NCBI GenBank assembly: GCA_963805975.1
Contig: CAWDVR010000002.1
Span: 1,120,001-1,184,000 of the forward strand
Source: an uncultured Acidobacteriota bacterium
GTDB lineage: Bacteria > Acidobacteriota > Thermoanaerobaculia > Multivoradales > SZUA-115
DNA length: 64,000 bases
Reading direction: 5' to 3'
The translations under genes were made by a program, and so were the position numbers. The number at the start of each line of letters is the position of its first letter. The first letter of the stretch is position 1. The notes under the pieces are model-generated. The model did not search any database, was not told where the DNA came from, and was given only the letters and a program-made list of their open reading frames with translations. Shown one piece after another: positions 40,415-49,612 of this stretch.

Positions 40415-41847
40415 AGAGCGAGCCCGAGCTCGTGGACTTAGCAGCCGGTCTCGAACGGATCTTCGATCGGGTGCCCGAGGAAGGCTCGGGGCCGGTCGCG
40501 GGCATCGAGGGCGAGCTACCCGCGTGGCTTCGCGGCACGCTGTACCTCACGGGCCCGGCGCGCTTCCACCGCGGCGAGACGCGCTATCGCCACTGGCTCG
40601 ACGGCGACGGCATGGTCTGCGCCCTCCGTTTCTCCGAAGAGGCTGGCACCTCTAGCAGCACCTTCGCCAGCCGTTTCGTGCGCAGCCACAAGTGGGTGGC
40701 CGAGGAGGGTGCCGGCCGCGCCCTCTTCCGCACCTTCGGCACGCGCTTTCCCGGCGACCAGCTCCTGCGCGGGGTGGCTCTCGCTTCGCCGGTCAACGTC
40801 TCCGTGGTGCCCTTCGCGGGCAAGCTCCTCGCGTTCGGAGAGCAGGGCCTGCCCTGGGAGCTCGACCTGACGACCCTCGAGACCCGTGGCGAGCACACCT
40901 TCGGCGGCAGGCTCAACCCTATCTCGCCGCTCTCCGCCCACCCGAAGATCGACTGCACGACGCACGAGATGCTCAACTTCGGCATCTCCTACGCGACGGC
41001 CGAGCCCACGCTGACGCTCTACCGCTTCGCCGCGGACGGCCGGCTCCTCTACCGCCGGCGACACGGCCTCGAGCTGCCCTACTCAGTGCACGACTTCAAC
41101 CTGTCGCAGCGCTACGCCGTGCTCCACCTCGGCCCGTACCTCATGGACGTGGGCAGGTTCATGAAGGAAGGCGCCACCGTGATGGAGTCGCTCTCCTGGG
41201 AGCCCGAGCGCGGCAGCCGCCTCGCCGTCTTCTCGCGCGAGACCGGTGACCTCGTCTGCTCGGTGCCGGTGGGGAGCGGCTACTGCCTGCATCACGTCAA
41301 CGCCTTCGAAGACGAGGACGGGCGGCTGGTGGTCGACCTCCTGGAGCTCGAAGAGCCCGTGTACAAAGACTACGAGCCTCTGCCCCAGCTCTTCGTCGAT
41401 GTCCGCCCCGCGCACCCGACCCGCTTCGTCGTCGACCCCGTCACCGGCACGCTGCTCGAAACGATCCGTCTCCCCTTCACCCTGGCAGCGGACTTCCCCG
41501 TCCACGACCCGGCCCTCACCTGCCTCCCCTACCGCCAGTTCTGGATGCTCGGGATCTCCACCACCGGGAAACCGGGGCGAAAGTTCCTCGACCGGCTGTG
41601 CCGGGGGGACTGGGAGACGGGCGAGGTAGAGACCATCTACACCCCGCCTGCCGGCAGCTTCCTCGCCGGCGAGCCGGTGTTCGTGGCGGCGCCGGACGGA
41701 AGCGAGGAGGAGGGCGTGGTGCTGGTGCCCGAGCTGAACCTCGAAACCGGCACCACGAGGTTCCTGGTGGTGGGAAAGGACGTGGCCAGGATCGAGCTGG
41801 GGCGAGCGATCCACACCTGCTTTCATGCCGGATGGAGTTTCGGCTGA
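40411..41847 (+). CDS. Carotenoid cleavage oxygenase (RPE65/CCD/lignostilbene dioxygenase family)
   Basis: GELPAWLRGTLY..GP, HWLDGDGM, four iron-ligand His (SAHPK, VHDF, HHVNAF, FHAGW), GEPVFV; GTGA overlap with the halogenase. Confidence 0.9.
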   Translation: MKSEPELVDLAAGLERIFDRVPEEGSGPVAGIEGELPAWLRGTLYLTGPARFHRGETRYRHWLDGDGMVCALRFSEEAGTSSSTFASRFVRSHKWVAEEGAGRALFRTFGTRFPGDQLLRGVALASPVNVSVVPFAGKLLAFGEQGLPWELDLTTLETRGEHTFGGRLNPISPLSAHPKIDCTTHEMLNFGISYATAEPTLTLYRFAADGRLLYRRRHGLELPYSVHDFNLSQRYAVLHLGPYLMDVGRFMKEGATVMESLSWEPERGSRLAVFSRETGDLVCSVPVGSGYCLHHVNAFEDEDGRLVVDLLELEEPVYKDYEPLPQLFVDVRPAHPTRFVVDPVTGTLLETIRLPFTLAADFPVHDPALTCLPYRQFWMLGISTTGKPGRKFLDRLCRGDWETGEVETIYTPPAGSFLAGEPVFVAAPDGSEEEGVVLVPELNLETGTTRFLVVGKDVARIELGRAIHTCFHAGWSFG

Positions 41848-42085
41848 TGGTTTCCCCCGCCGGTTCGCCTTCCAGGCAGATTCACCGCCGATTCGCCCGC
41901 TTCCTCGGAGATCGAAGTTCGCTGACAAGGCCGGCACTTTCTTTCCGCCTCTGATCGGAACTTGGCGGCCGAGGAGTGGGAGCGAGGTAATTTTTCGCCT
42001 CCCCCGGTTAGAGATTCTGACGCAAGCGCCTCGGGCAGAAAGACTTACCCTTGCCTCTGCCCCACGCCGCACCTACATTCCTGGC

Positions 42086-42492
42086 GTGCGAAGCCTGGAT
42101 CCGATGCGGATGGCGCTGCGGCTGCTGCGCGAGCGTCGGGGCTGGAATCAGCAGGAGCTGGCGGACAGAGCCGGCAGCACCAAGAGCAAGATCTCCACTT
42201 ACGAAACCGGTACGACGGAGCCCACCCTCACCACTCTCGACGGGTTGCTGCTGACGCTCGGGTCCAGCTGGCTCGAACTCTCTCTCCTCGCCCAGATGCT
42301 CGAACCGGCCGTCGCCTCTCTCGCAAGCAGAGGCGAGGGCTCGCCCGCGATGGCCAGTGTGCCGCCTGCCAGCACGCCGGTGGTCGGGGCGCTGCGCCTC
42401 AACCTCGCAGCGGCGGGAGACTGGTTGAGGCCCTGGAGCAGAACCTCCTCGCCCCTCCCTCAACCACCTCCGAGGTGCCAGCCGACTCGTAA
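42086..42492 (+). CDS. XRE-family HTH regulator, copy 1 (apparent 1-nt deletion near 42417)
   Basis: LRLLRERRGWNQQELA..AG....IS.YETG..EP; the C-terminus matches paralog 45512 only after a frame shift (RLVEALEQ). Confidence 0.8.
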
Positions 42493-42605
42493 CGGCACTC
42501 CGGTGTAGCTTCCAATCGAAGCGGTGGGCACCCCTCCTCGTGGAGGCTCAGCTTTCCGAAGCAATCGAGGCCAGGATCGATTGGTGATGGTACATTGCTC
42601 GCTCG

Positions 42606-43097
42606 ATGAAGGGCGAGATCGAGCGAGTCCTCGGAGCTCTGAACAGAGCCGAGGTCCGCTACTTGGTCGTGGGTGGCGTGGCTGTCGTGCTTCATGGCTA
42701 TCTTCGCACCACCAGGGACCTGGATCTGGTCGTCCAACTGGGAACGGAGAACCTCAAGAAGGCCCTCGAGGCCCTGAAGAACCTCGGCTTCGAGCCCGCC
42801 GTGCCGGTTCCGATCGAAGCCTTCGCGAATCCGGTAGCGCGGGACTCGTGGATTCGAGACAAGAACCTATTGGTCTTCTCGCTCTGGCATCCGCAGAGAC
42901 CTGGATTCCAGGTCGACCTTTTCGCGGAGGAGCCGTTTGACTTTGAAGAGACCTATTCTCGCGCCCTCCGGGTTCCGCTCGACAGCACCACGGCGATGGT
43001 TGTCTCGGCACATGACCTCATCGCTCTGAAGCGCCGAGCGGGCCGGCCCCAGGATCTCGCCGATATCGACGCGCTGGAAGAACTGGAGGAGGAATAG
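42606..43097 (+). CDS. Nucleotidyltransferase-fold protein (DUF6036-like)
   Basis: YLVVGGVAVVLHG..RTTRDLDL (GG and DxD), VDLF, LIALKRRAGRPQDLADI. Confidence 0.85.
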   Translation: MKGEIERVLGALNRAEVRYLVVGGVAVVLHGYLRTTRDLDLVVQLGTENLKKALEALKNLGFEPAVPVPIEAFANPVARDSWIRDKNLLVFSLWHPQRPGFQVDLFAEEPFDFEETYSRALRVPLDSTTAMVVSAHDLIALKRRAGRPQDLADIDALEELEEE

Positions 43098-43103
43098 CCG
43101 CCC

Positions 43104-43337
43104 ATGCTCGAGGAGAAGAACGCACGCACCGAGTCAGAGTGCCAGCCCGAACCCTGGAGCTTCGAGGCCAACCGCAAGAGGCAGCTTCGGACAGGCCTTC
43201 GGCTGACGCCTGCCGAGAGACTACGGTGGCTGGAGGAGACTGTAGAGGAGCTTCTTCCCTGGGTGGGTCGGGCACGGCCGGGGCCGTCGGTGGACCTCGG
43301 CCAGCAGGGGCCGGACGATGTACACCGACCAGCGTAG
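43104..43337 (+). CDS. Small partner protein of the nucleotidyltransferase
   Basis: 77 aa with an 'LRLTPAERLRWLEE' motif; GGAGG RBS in the upstream gene end. Confidence 0.65.
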   Translation: MLEEKNARTESECQPEPWSFEANRKRQLRTGLRLTPAERLRWLEETVEELLPWVGRARPGPSVDLGQQGPDDVHRPA

Positions 43338-43433
43338 CGTCAAGCCGCGATATCTGACACTTCTACCAACCTGTCTCGTGTGGCGGCCTCCAAGGTCGAG
43401 GAACAGGATCGGTCGGGATAACATCCCGGCCCC

Positions 43434-45248
43434 GTGAGCACCCGCCCCCTCCTCTTGAGCTGCGAGTCGATCAGCAAGCAGTACGGTTCGCGGCCACTGT
43501 TCCAGAACCTCTCGTTCGGCCTCTCCTCAGGAGATCGCGTCGGGCTCGTGGGCCCGAACGGCTCCGGCAAGTCGACCCTCCTGAGAATCCTGGCCGGTCT
43601 CGAAGAGCCGGATTCCGGGACGCGCTCGGTGCGCAAGGGGACGCGCGCCGGCTACGTGCCGCAGGACCCGGTCTTCGCCGAGCACCTGCCGGCCGAGGAG
43701 ATCCTCGTCGAGGCTCTGGGCGGCCTGCCGCTCGAGGACTTCGAGAAGACGGCGCGCGCCGCGTTGGTGCTCGGCAAGATGGGCTTTCGCGAGCCGCGAC
43801 AAGTGGTGGGCACGCTCTCCGGTGGTTGGAAAAAGCGGCTGGCCATCGCCCGTGAGCTGGTCCGCGAACCGGAGATCCTCCTTCTCGACGAGCCGACCAA
43901 TCATCTCGACCTCGAAGGCATCCTGGATCTCGAAGAGATCCTCAGCCTGGAGCCCGCCGCCTTCGTCGTGGTAAGCCACGATCGCTACTTCCTGGAGAAC
44001 GTGGCGCGCCGCATGATCGAGATCGATCGCGCTTATCCGGAGGGCATGCTCCAGGCCGAGGGCACCTACAGCGACTTCCTCGAGAAGCGCGACGAGGTAC
44101 GGCGCAACCAGGTCGAGTACCAGGAGACGCTCGCCAACCGCGCCCGCCGCGAAGTCGAGTGGCTGCGCCGGGGCCCCAAGGCCCGCCGCACCAAGGCGAA
44201 GGGCCGCATCCAGGAGGCGGGACGGCTGCTGGAGGAGCTCGCCCAGGTCAAGGATCGGACCTCCGAGGCAACTCCCACCGGCATCGATTTCGCCGGCTCT
44301 GGCCGCAAGACCAGGAAGCTGCTCGAGGCTCGAGGCATTGGCAAGTCCTTCGGCGATCAGGTGGTGCTCGAGGGCGTGGACCTCCTGATCCGACCGGGCA
44401 CGCGCCTCGGCGTCCTCGGTCCGAATGGCAGCGGCAAGACCACGCTCCTCTCGCTTCTCGCCGGCTCCCTCGAGCCGGACCGAGGCGATATCGTGCGGGC
44501 ACCGTTTCTGAGAACCGTCCTCTTCGAGCAGAGCCGCGAGACGCTGGACCGCTCTGTGACCTTGCGCCGGGCGCTGGCGCCGGAGAGCGACTCGGTGATC
44601 CACCAGGACCGGACGGTCCACGTCGCCTCCTGGGCGCGACGCTTCCTGTTCCGCCCGGAACAGTTGGACACCCCGGTCTCCTCGCTCTCGGGCGGCGAGC
44701 AGGCGCGCATCCTGATCGCACGGCTGATGCTCCAGCCAGCCGATCTACTGATCCTCGATGAGCCGACGAACGACCTCGACATCGCAACCCTCGAGGTGCT
44801 CGAGGAGAGCTTGCTCGAGTTTCCCGGCGGCCTCGTCCTGGTGACCCACGACCGTTATCTGCTCGACCGCGTCTCGACCTCCATCCTGGCGCTCGACGGC
44901 CGGAGAGGTGCCAGCCTCTTCGCCGACACGGCGCAGTGGGAAGGAGAGCGGCGACGCGACATGGCCCCCCGGCCGGTGTCTTCCAAGCCGTCCTCCGGCG
45001 CACGCTCGCCCGAGCCTCAAGCGAAACGCCTGACCTACCGCGAGCGGCGCGAATGGGAGCGGATCGAAGGTGAGATCCTCGCCGCGGAGGAGGCGTTCGC
45101 ACGCCACCAGGCGGCGGTCGAGGATCCGGTGATCGCGACCGATGCCGTGGCGCTCGCCGAGCGCTGTGCCGCGCTCGACTCCGTCCGTGCCGACGTGGAG
45201 CGGCTCTACGCGCGCTGGGCGGAGCTGGAGGAGAAGAAAAGCACCTGA
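43434..45248 (+). CDS. uup: ABC-F family ATP-binding protein (Uup-like)
   Basis: Two NBDs (GPNGSGKS/T, LSGG, LDEPTN.LD), no TM, C-terminal coiled coil ending LYARWAELE. Confidence 0.85.
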   Translation: MSTRPLLLSCESISKQYGSRPLFQNLSFGLSSGDRVGLVGPNGSGKSTLLRILAGLEEPDSGTRSVRKGTRAGYVPQDPVFAEHLPAEEILVEALGGLPLEDFEKTARAALVLGKMGFREPRQVVGTLSGGWKKRLAIARELVREPEILLLDEPTNHLDLEGILDLEEILSLEPAAFVVVSHDRYFLENVARRMIEIDRAYPEGMLQAEGTYSDFLEKRDEVRRNQVEYQETLANRARREVEWLRRGPKARRTKAKGRIQEAGRLLEELAQVKDRTSEATPTGIDFAGSGRKTRKLLEARGIGKSFGDQVVLEGVDLLIRPGTRLGVLGPNGSGKTTLLSLLAGSLEPDRGDIVRAPFLRTVLFEQSRETLDRSVTLRRALAPESDSVIHQDRTVHVASWARRFLFRPEQLDTPVSSLSGGEQARILIARLMLQPADLLILDEPTNDLDIATLEVLEESLLEFPGGLVLVTHDRYLLDRVSTSILALDGRRGASLFADTAQWEGERRRDMAPRPVSSKPSSGARSPEPQAKRLTYRERREWERIEGEILAAEEAFARHQAAVEDPVIATDAVALAERCAALDSVRADVERLYARWAELEEKKST

Positions 45249-45511
45249 GTCGGAGCATGGCACCTCGGAGATCAGCACCCCGCCGGTCCGCCTCTTCCTC
45301 GCGTGCGCGACCGGACGCCGAGCTCTCTCCGGCGTCTCCGCTCCCTTTCCACGAAGCGAATCTTGTTTCCTCCTCTGCCCGGGAGCCGACCGCTGGCAGT
45401 ATCGGGAGAGGAAACTTTTGACGGGTCCTAACCAGACGGATCGATGGCGAGCGCCTCGAGCGAGCGGCCGTGCCCTTGTCTGACTTCTCCTCTGGCACGT
45501 ACATTCGCCCG

Positions 45512-45910
45512 GTGCAAGCACTGGATCCGATGCGGCTCGCGATGCGCCTGTTGCGCGAGCGCCGGGGCCTGAGCCAGAACGAGCTGGCCAAGAAGGCCGG
45601 GGTTGGCAAGGCTCGTATCTCCTGCTACGAGAACGGCCGGGAGCAGCCGACCTTCGCCACCATCGAGAAGCTGCTCCGGGCTCTCGACACCCACCGTCTC
45701 GCGCTCTTTCTCCTGGCCGAGCTCCTCGAGCCGGCGAACACCTTCCTGTCCACGCAGCCGGGTGCACTCCCCGCCCCGCGATCGACCCCCGTGAGCCTAC
45801 AGATGCTCGGTGCGCTGCGCTCCAATCTCGAGGCCGCGGTGAAGCTGATCGCCGCTCTGGAGCAGAGCGTCGTCGAGCTTCCACCGGGCCGCCAGCTCGG
45901 CGAGAGCTGA
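45512..45910 (+). CDS. XRE-family HTH regulator, copy 2
   Basis: LRERRGLSQNELA..AG....ISCYENGREQP; GTG start 6 nt after TACATT. Confidence 0.85.
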   Translation: MQALDPMRLAMRLLRERRGLSQNELAKKAGVGKARISCYENGREQPTFATIEKLLRALDTHRLALFLLAELLEPANTFLSTQPGALPAPRSTPVSLQMLGALRSNLEAAVKLIAALEQSVVELPPGRQLGES

Positions 45911-45928
45911 CGGCGACAGCGCTCCTCC

Positions 45929-48900
45929 CTACCGGAACGAGAACCTGGCCCCCAGCCGCAGGATCCTCGGCGGGAGGACTTCGACCACCCAGTTGCCGCC
46001 GAGAGCGCGGATGTCGGTGACCTCACCGGTTCTCACGTCGGTCTGCAGGGCGGAGACTGCGCTCGCGCGCTGGAGAACGTAGGACTCGTTGGTCAGGTTG
46101 AAGGCCTCGAGGCTCAGGGTGAGCCGCGAGTCCTTGATCTTGATCTCCTTGTCGATACGGGCCGAGAGCAGGTGGACGTCCGAGAGGCGGTACTCGTCCA
46201 GGTCGTTGCCGAGCAGCACCTGGCGCCGGGCGAGCGGGTCGCGGCGCGGGTTGACCGGGACGTTGTAGGGGACGGGAAAGCCCTCGCGGCCGAAGAGGTT
46301 GGCCGCGACGTTGAAGCCCCAGTGCTTTTCGGGCGCGATCTGGTAGAGAGCCGACAGGTCGTAGGACCAGCCGCTGTTGACGAAGACATTGCCGCGGACT
46401 CCCTGGGTGCTCGCACTGCCGATCACCACCGGGCTGCCGTCGATGGTGTCGCCGGGAAGGAGCAGGGTCGGGTCTTCCCGCTCGCTGTCCGGCACGCTCC
46501 ATTGCCAGTCGCTCCAGGTCGCGTGGCCGCGCAGCAGCCACTGGTTCGAGAGGCGCTTGTGGGCCGTCAAGCTGACGCCCAGGTAGTCTTGCTCGCGGTC
46601 CCCGTTCTCACGGTAGACGCCGCCGAAGGTGGTGAGCTCCGGCCTCAGGCGATAGACCGGCACCGAGAACGCCGTGCCGTCCGGCAGGCTGCCCTCGACG
46701 ATCCAGCCGACCTCGTAGTCGTCCCGCCGGTGGGGGCGGCCGATCGAGCCGGGAGGCGCGTCGGGATCGACGATCAGCCGTTCCTGGTCCTCGATGTCGG
46801 TGTAGCGGCGAGCGGTGAGCGAGAGACCGAGCACCAGCTCCGGCCGCAGGGCATGCTCGACGGCGAAGGTCAGCTCCTGGGTGGTGGGGGCCTTGATGTC
46901 GGGATCGACGGCGTTGACCGTGCCGCGCGTCGGGAAGTCCGGATCGACGCCGATAAAGCTGAAGAACGGCCCCACCTCGTCGCGGGTCAGGTCGAGATCG
47001 GCGTTGTAGTCGTACCAGTAGAAGTAACCGTACTGCGCGTTGCCCGGGCTGGTGGTGTAGATGCCGTTGTCGTCGAGCTGGTCGGCGAAGTGCGCGTAGC
47101 TCGCCCGCAGCAGGGTCTTGTCCTCCTTGCCCAGCGCGTAGGTGAGGCCGAGGCGCGGAGTGACCGACTCCCATTCGAATCCGGCGTCGCTCTCCGGAAA
47201 GCTGCCACCGACGAGCACGCCGCCGGTGATCGGCGCCGGGTCGAGAGTGATCGCCTTGTTCTTACCGCGTTGGAGGTCGTAGCGCAGGCCGACGTTGGCG
47301 GTCAGGTCCCCGAAGGCGAGCGTGTCCTGGAGGTAGACGTGGGTGGCCTCCACACGGTCGCGGTAGTTCGAGCCGCTGGTGATGAAGCCAAAATAGACGT
47401 CCTCTGCGATCTCCTGGTTGGCGAAGCCCACTGCCTGGAGGCCGGGCCAGGCGGAGGTCGATTCGATGTCGGTGCGGCGGTAGCCGGTGCCGAAGCGCAG
47501 CTCGTGGTTGACGTTGCCGGTCGGGAAGAAATAGTTGCCCTCGAGCTTGATCTGCGACTGCGGGCGCTCGGTCTGGTAGGCCAGGAAGCTGTTGCGCCAG
47601 CCGCCGTCCGGGCCGATCACCACGCTCGGCGCGTTCGGGTCACCGATGCCGCCGCCCTGGGGCAACAGGTCGAACTGGCTCTCCACTTGCGAGACGTTCG
47701 CGGTCAGGTAGAAGTCCTTGCCGAAGAGCTGGCTCTGCTCCAGCTTGTAGATCGGGGTGGGAGAGCGGCGGTCGACGCTCGTTTCCGGCGGCCGGAAAGG
47801 GCCGGCGTCCTGGCCGAGGCGGATCAGGTCGCTGAAATGGTAGTAGAACGAGCCGGAGCTGTTGGGCGAGAACTGTGTGCTGAGCTTGACCGAGCGGTTC
47901 TCGATATCCGAGTTGTCGGGGTAGTCGGAGATGGTCAGGAGATCGATCTCCTGCTGGCCCCAGGAGGCCCAGCCCCAGAGGTGCTCCTTGATCAGCGGGC
48001 CGCCGCCTTCGATGCCGTAGTCCTCGGTGGTGACGATCCGGTTGCCCTGGCGGAACGTCTCCTGCTGGGTGTCCCTGTTCCAGGGGCCGGGTCCGCCCAG
48101 CTCGCCGGGGGTCAGCGAGAGGTCGGCCTGCCAGTCGTCGTCGGCATGGAAGAAGCGGGTCGAGAAGCGCCACTGGTTGGTGGCCCGCTTGGTGACCAGG
48201 TTGACGGTGGCGCCGGCGGTGGCGAGCGATGCGTCCGCGCCGCCGACCGAGACCTCGATGGCTTCGAAGGTGTCGAAGTCGTAGTAGGTGGAGGAGGCGC
48301 CGGAACCGACCATGTCGGTGATGGCGACGCCGTCCACCTGCCAGACGGTGTTCCTGGGGTCGGTGCCGGGGGAGACCACCTTCGCCTGCCGGGCGCCCTC
48401 GCTGCCGGCCACGTTGATGCGGTCGAGGATCACGCCGGGGGTCTGCTGCAGGATCGCCCAGGGGTCGCGGTTGATGGGCAGCTTCTCGAGTTCCTCACGC
48501 GGCACGTTGAGGCCCTTGGTGACCATGCGCGTGTCGAGGATCGGGGACTCGGCCGTGACCACCACGCTGTCCTCCACCTGCTGCGCGGAGGCGACCTCGA
48601 ACACGTTCAGCAGCTTGATCTCGAGCTCCAGGTTGCGGCTCACCTGCACGTTCAGGTTGCGGTGCTCGAGCGAGGTGAAGTTCTCGCGCTCGGCCAGCAC
48701 CTGGTAGAGGCCCGGCGCCAGGCCCAGGAATCGGAAGCCGCCGTCCTCGCCGGTGGTCTTGACCTGCGGCGGGCCCTGGCTCCCGAGCGTCACGGTGACG
48801 CCCGCCATGGGCTTGCCCTGCGAGTCGACCACCCGGCCGAGGAGGTTGCCGGTCTGCTGCTGGGCTTCGGTGGTCGGTGCTGCCAGGGCAGCGGCAAGAC

Positions 48901-48970
48901 CGAGCCAGGCGAGGACGAGCGAGGGCTTGAGGGTGCGCACCAGGGCCTCCTTCGTACGAGCGGGTGTCAT
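45929..48970 (-). CDS. TonB-dependent receptor (Oar-like, with carboxypeptidase-regulatory-like N-domain)
   Basis: Signal peptide, G.L.G.V.D..G..M.GVTVT, plug 'RDPWAILQQTPGV', GLRYD, C-terminal PRILRLGARFSF. Confidence 0.92.
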   Translation of the reverse strand: MTPARTKEALVRTLKPSLVLAWLGLAAALAAPTTEAQQQTGNLLGRVVDSQGKPMAGVTVTLGSQGPPQVKTTGEDGGFRFLGLAPGLYQVLAERENFTSLEHRNLNVQVSRNLELEIKLLNVFEVASAQQVEDSVVVTAESPILDTRMVTKGLNVPREELEKLPINRDPWAILQQTPGVILDRINVAGSEGARQAKVVSPGTDPRNTVWQVDGVAITDMVGSGASSTYYDFDTFEAIEVSVGGADASLATAGATVNLVTKRATNQWRFSTRFFHADDDWQADLSLTPGELGGPGPWNRDTQQETFRQGNRIVTTEDYGIEGGGPLIKEHLWGWASWGQQEIDLLTISDYPDNSDIENRSVKLSTQFSPNSSGSFYYHFSDLIRLGQDAGPFRPPETSVDRRSPTPIYKLEQSQLFGKDFYLTANVSQVESQFDLLPQGGGIGDPNAPSVVIGPDGGWRNSFLAYQTERPQSQIKLEGNYFFPTGNVNHELRFGTGYRRTDIESTSAWPGLQAVGFANQEIAEDVYFGFITSGSNYRDRVEATHVYLQDTLAFGDLTANVGLRYDLQRGKNKAITLDPAPITGGVLVGGSFPESDAGFEWESVTPRLGLTYALGKEDKTLLRASYAHFADQLDDNGIYTTSPGNAQYGYFYWYDYNADLDLTRDEVGPFFSFIGVDPDFPTRGTVNAVDPDIKAPTTQELTFAVEHALRPELVLGLSLTARRYTDIEDQERLIVDPDAPPGSIGRPHRRDDYEVGWIVEGSLPDGTAFSVPVYRLRPELTTFGGVYRENGDREQDYLGVSLTAHKRLSNQWLLRGHATWSDWQWSVPDSEREDPTLLLPGDTIDGSPVVIGSASTQGVRGNVFVNSGWSYDLSALYQIAPEKHWGFNVAANLFGREGFPVPYNVPVNPRRDPLARRQVLLGNDLDEYRLSDVHLLSARIDKEIKIKDSRLTLSLEAFNLTNESYVLQRASAVSALQTDVRTGEVTDIRALGGNWVVEVLPPRILRLGARFSFR

Positions 48971-49023
48971 TGGACTAACTCTTCCCTAAGATGCGTCATC
49001 CCCCCCCAAAGCGTGTCTAACCG

Positions 49024-49530
49024 CTATCTCGCAACTCGCCGGCGGCGCAGGATGGGAAGGAAGAAGAGGTAGAGGCCGGTGAGCCACAGCAGCAGCAGGA
49101 CCACGCCGGCGGGCAGGAAGATCCCCAGCTTCACCCAGCGGTGGAAAAAAGAGCCGTCGTGGATCGCCTCGATCAGGTCCGAGCGCCGGTAGGCCACCTG
49201 CAGGACCTCGCCGGTCGCGGAATCGATCTGGATCTCCCAGCCGGTCTTCGCCCACACCTTGAGCATGCCCTTCGAGGGCCGCACGTCCACGCGCTGGATG
49301 TCCTCCCAGGTGCGGACCTCTCCTTCGGGGACCCGGCTCGCGATCTCGACGATCTCCGCCAGCGACAGCGCCGGCGCGCCGCCAGAGCCCGCGCGCTCCG
49401 GGGGCTGCACCCACGGGAGCTGCTTTTTCAACTGCAGCAGGATGCCGCTCGCGATCATCACCAGCAGGGGCACGGCCACGAAAATCGACAGCCAGTGATG
49501 GACTTTCCGATTGAGAAGCTGGAACTTCAT
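49024..49530 (-). CDS. PepSY-associated TM helix protein
   Basis: RKVHHWLS..TM, QIDSATGEVL, IHDG, LTGLYL; two TMs. Confidence 0.85.
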   Translation of the reverse strand: MKFQLLNRKVHHWLSIFVAVPLLVMIASGILLQLKKQLPWVQPPERAGSGGAPALSLAEIVEIASRVPEGEVRTWEDIQRVDVRPSKGMLKVWAKTGWEIQIDSATGEVLQVAYRRSDLIEAIHDGSFFHRWVKLGIFLPAGVVLLLLWLTGLYLFFLPILRRRRVAR

Positions 49531-49612
49531 CGCGGCTCGGCCCTCCTACAGGAATAGGAGGATATCCCAGCCTCGTCGCTGGCCCCTCGAGCCGCCACGA
49601 TAGACTTCCTCG

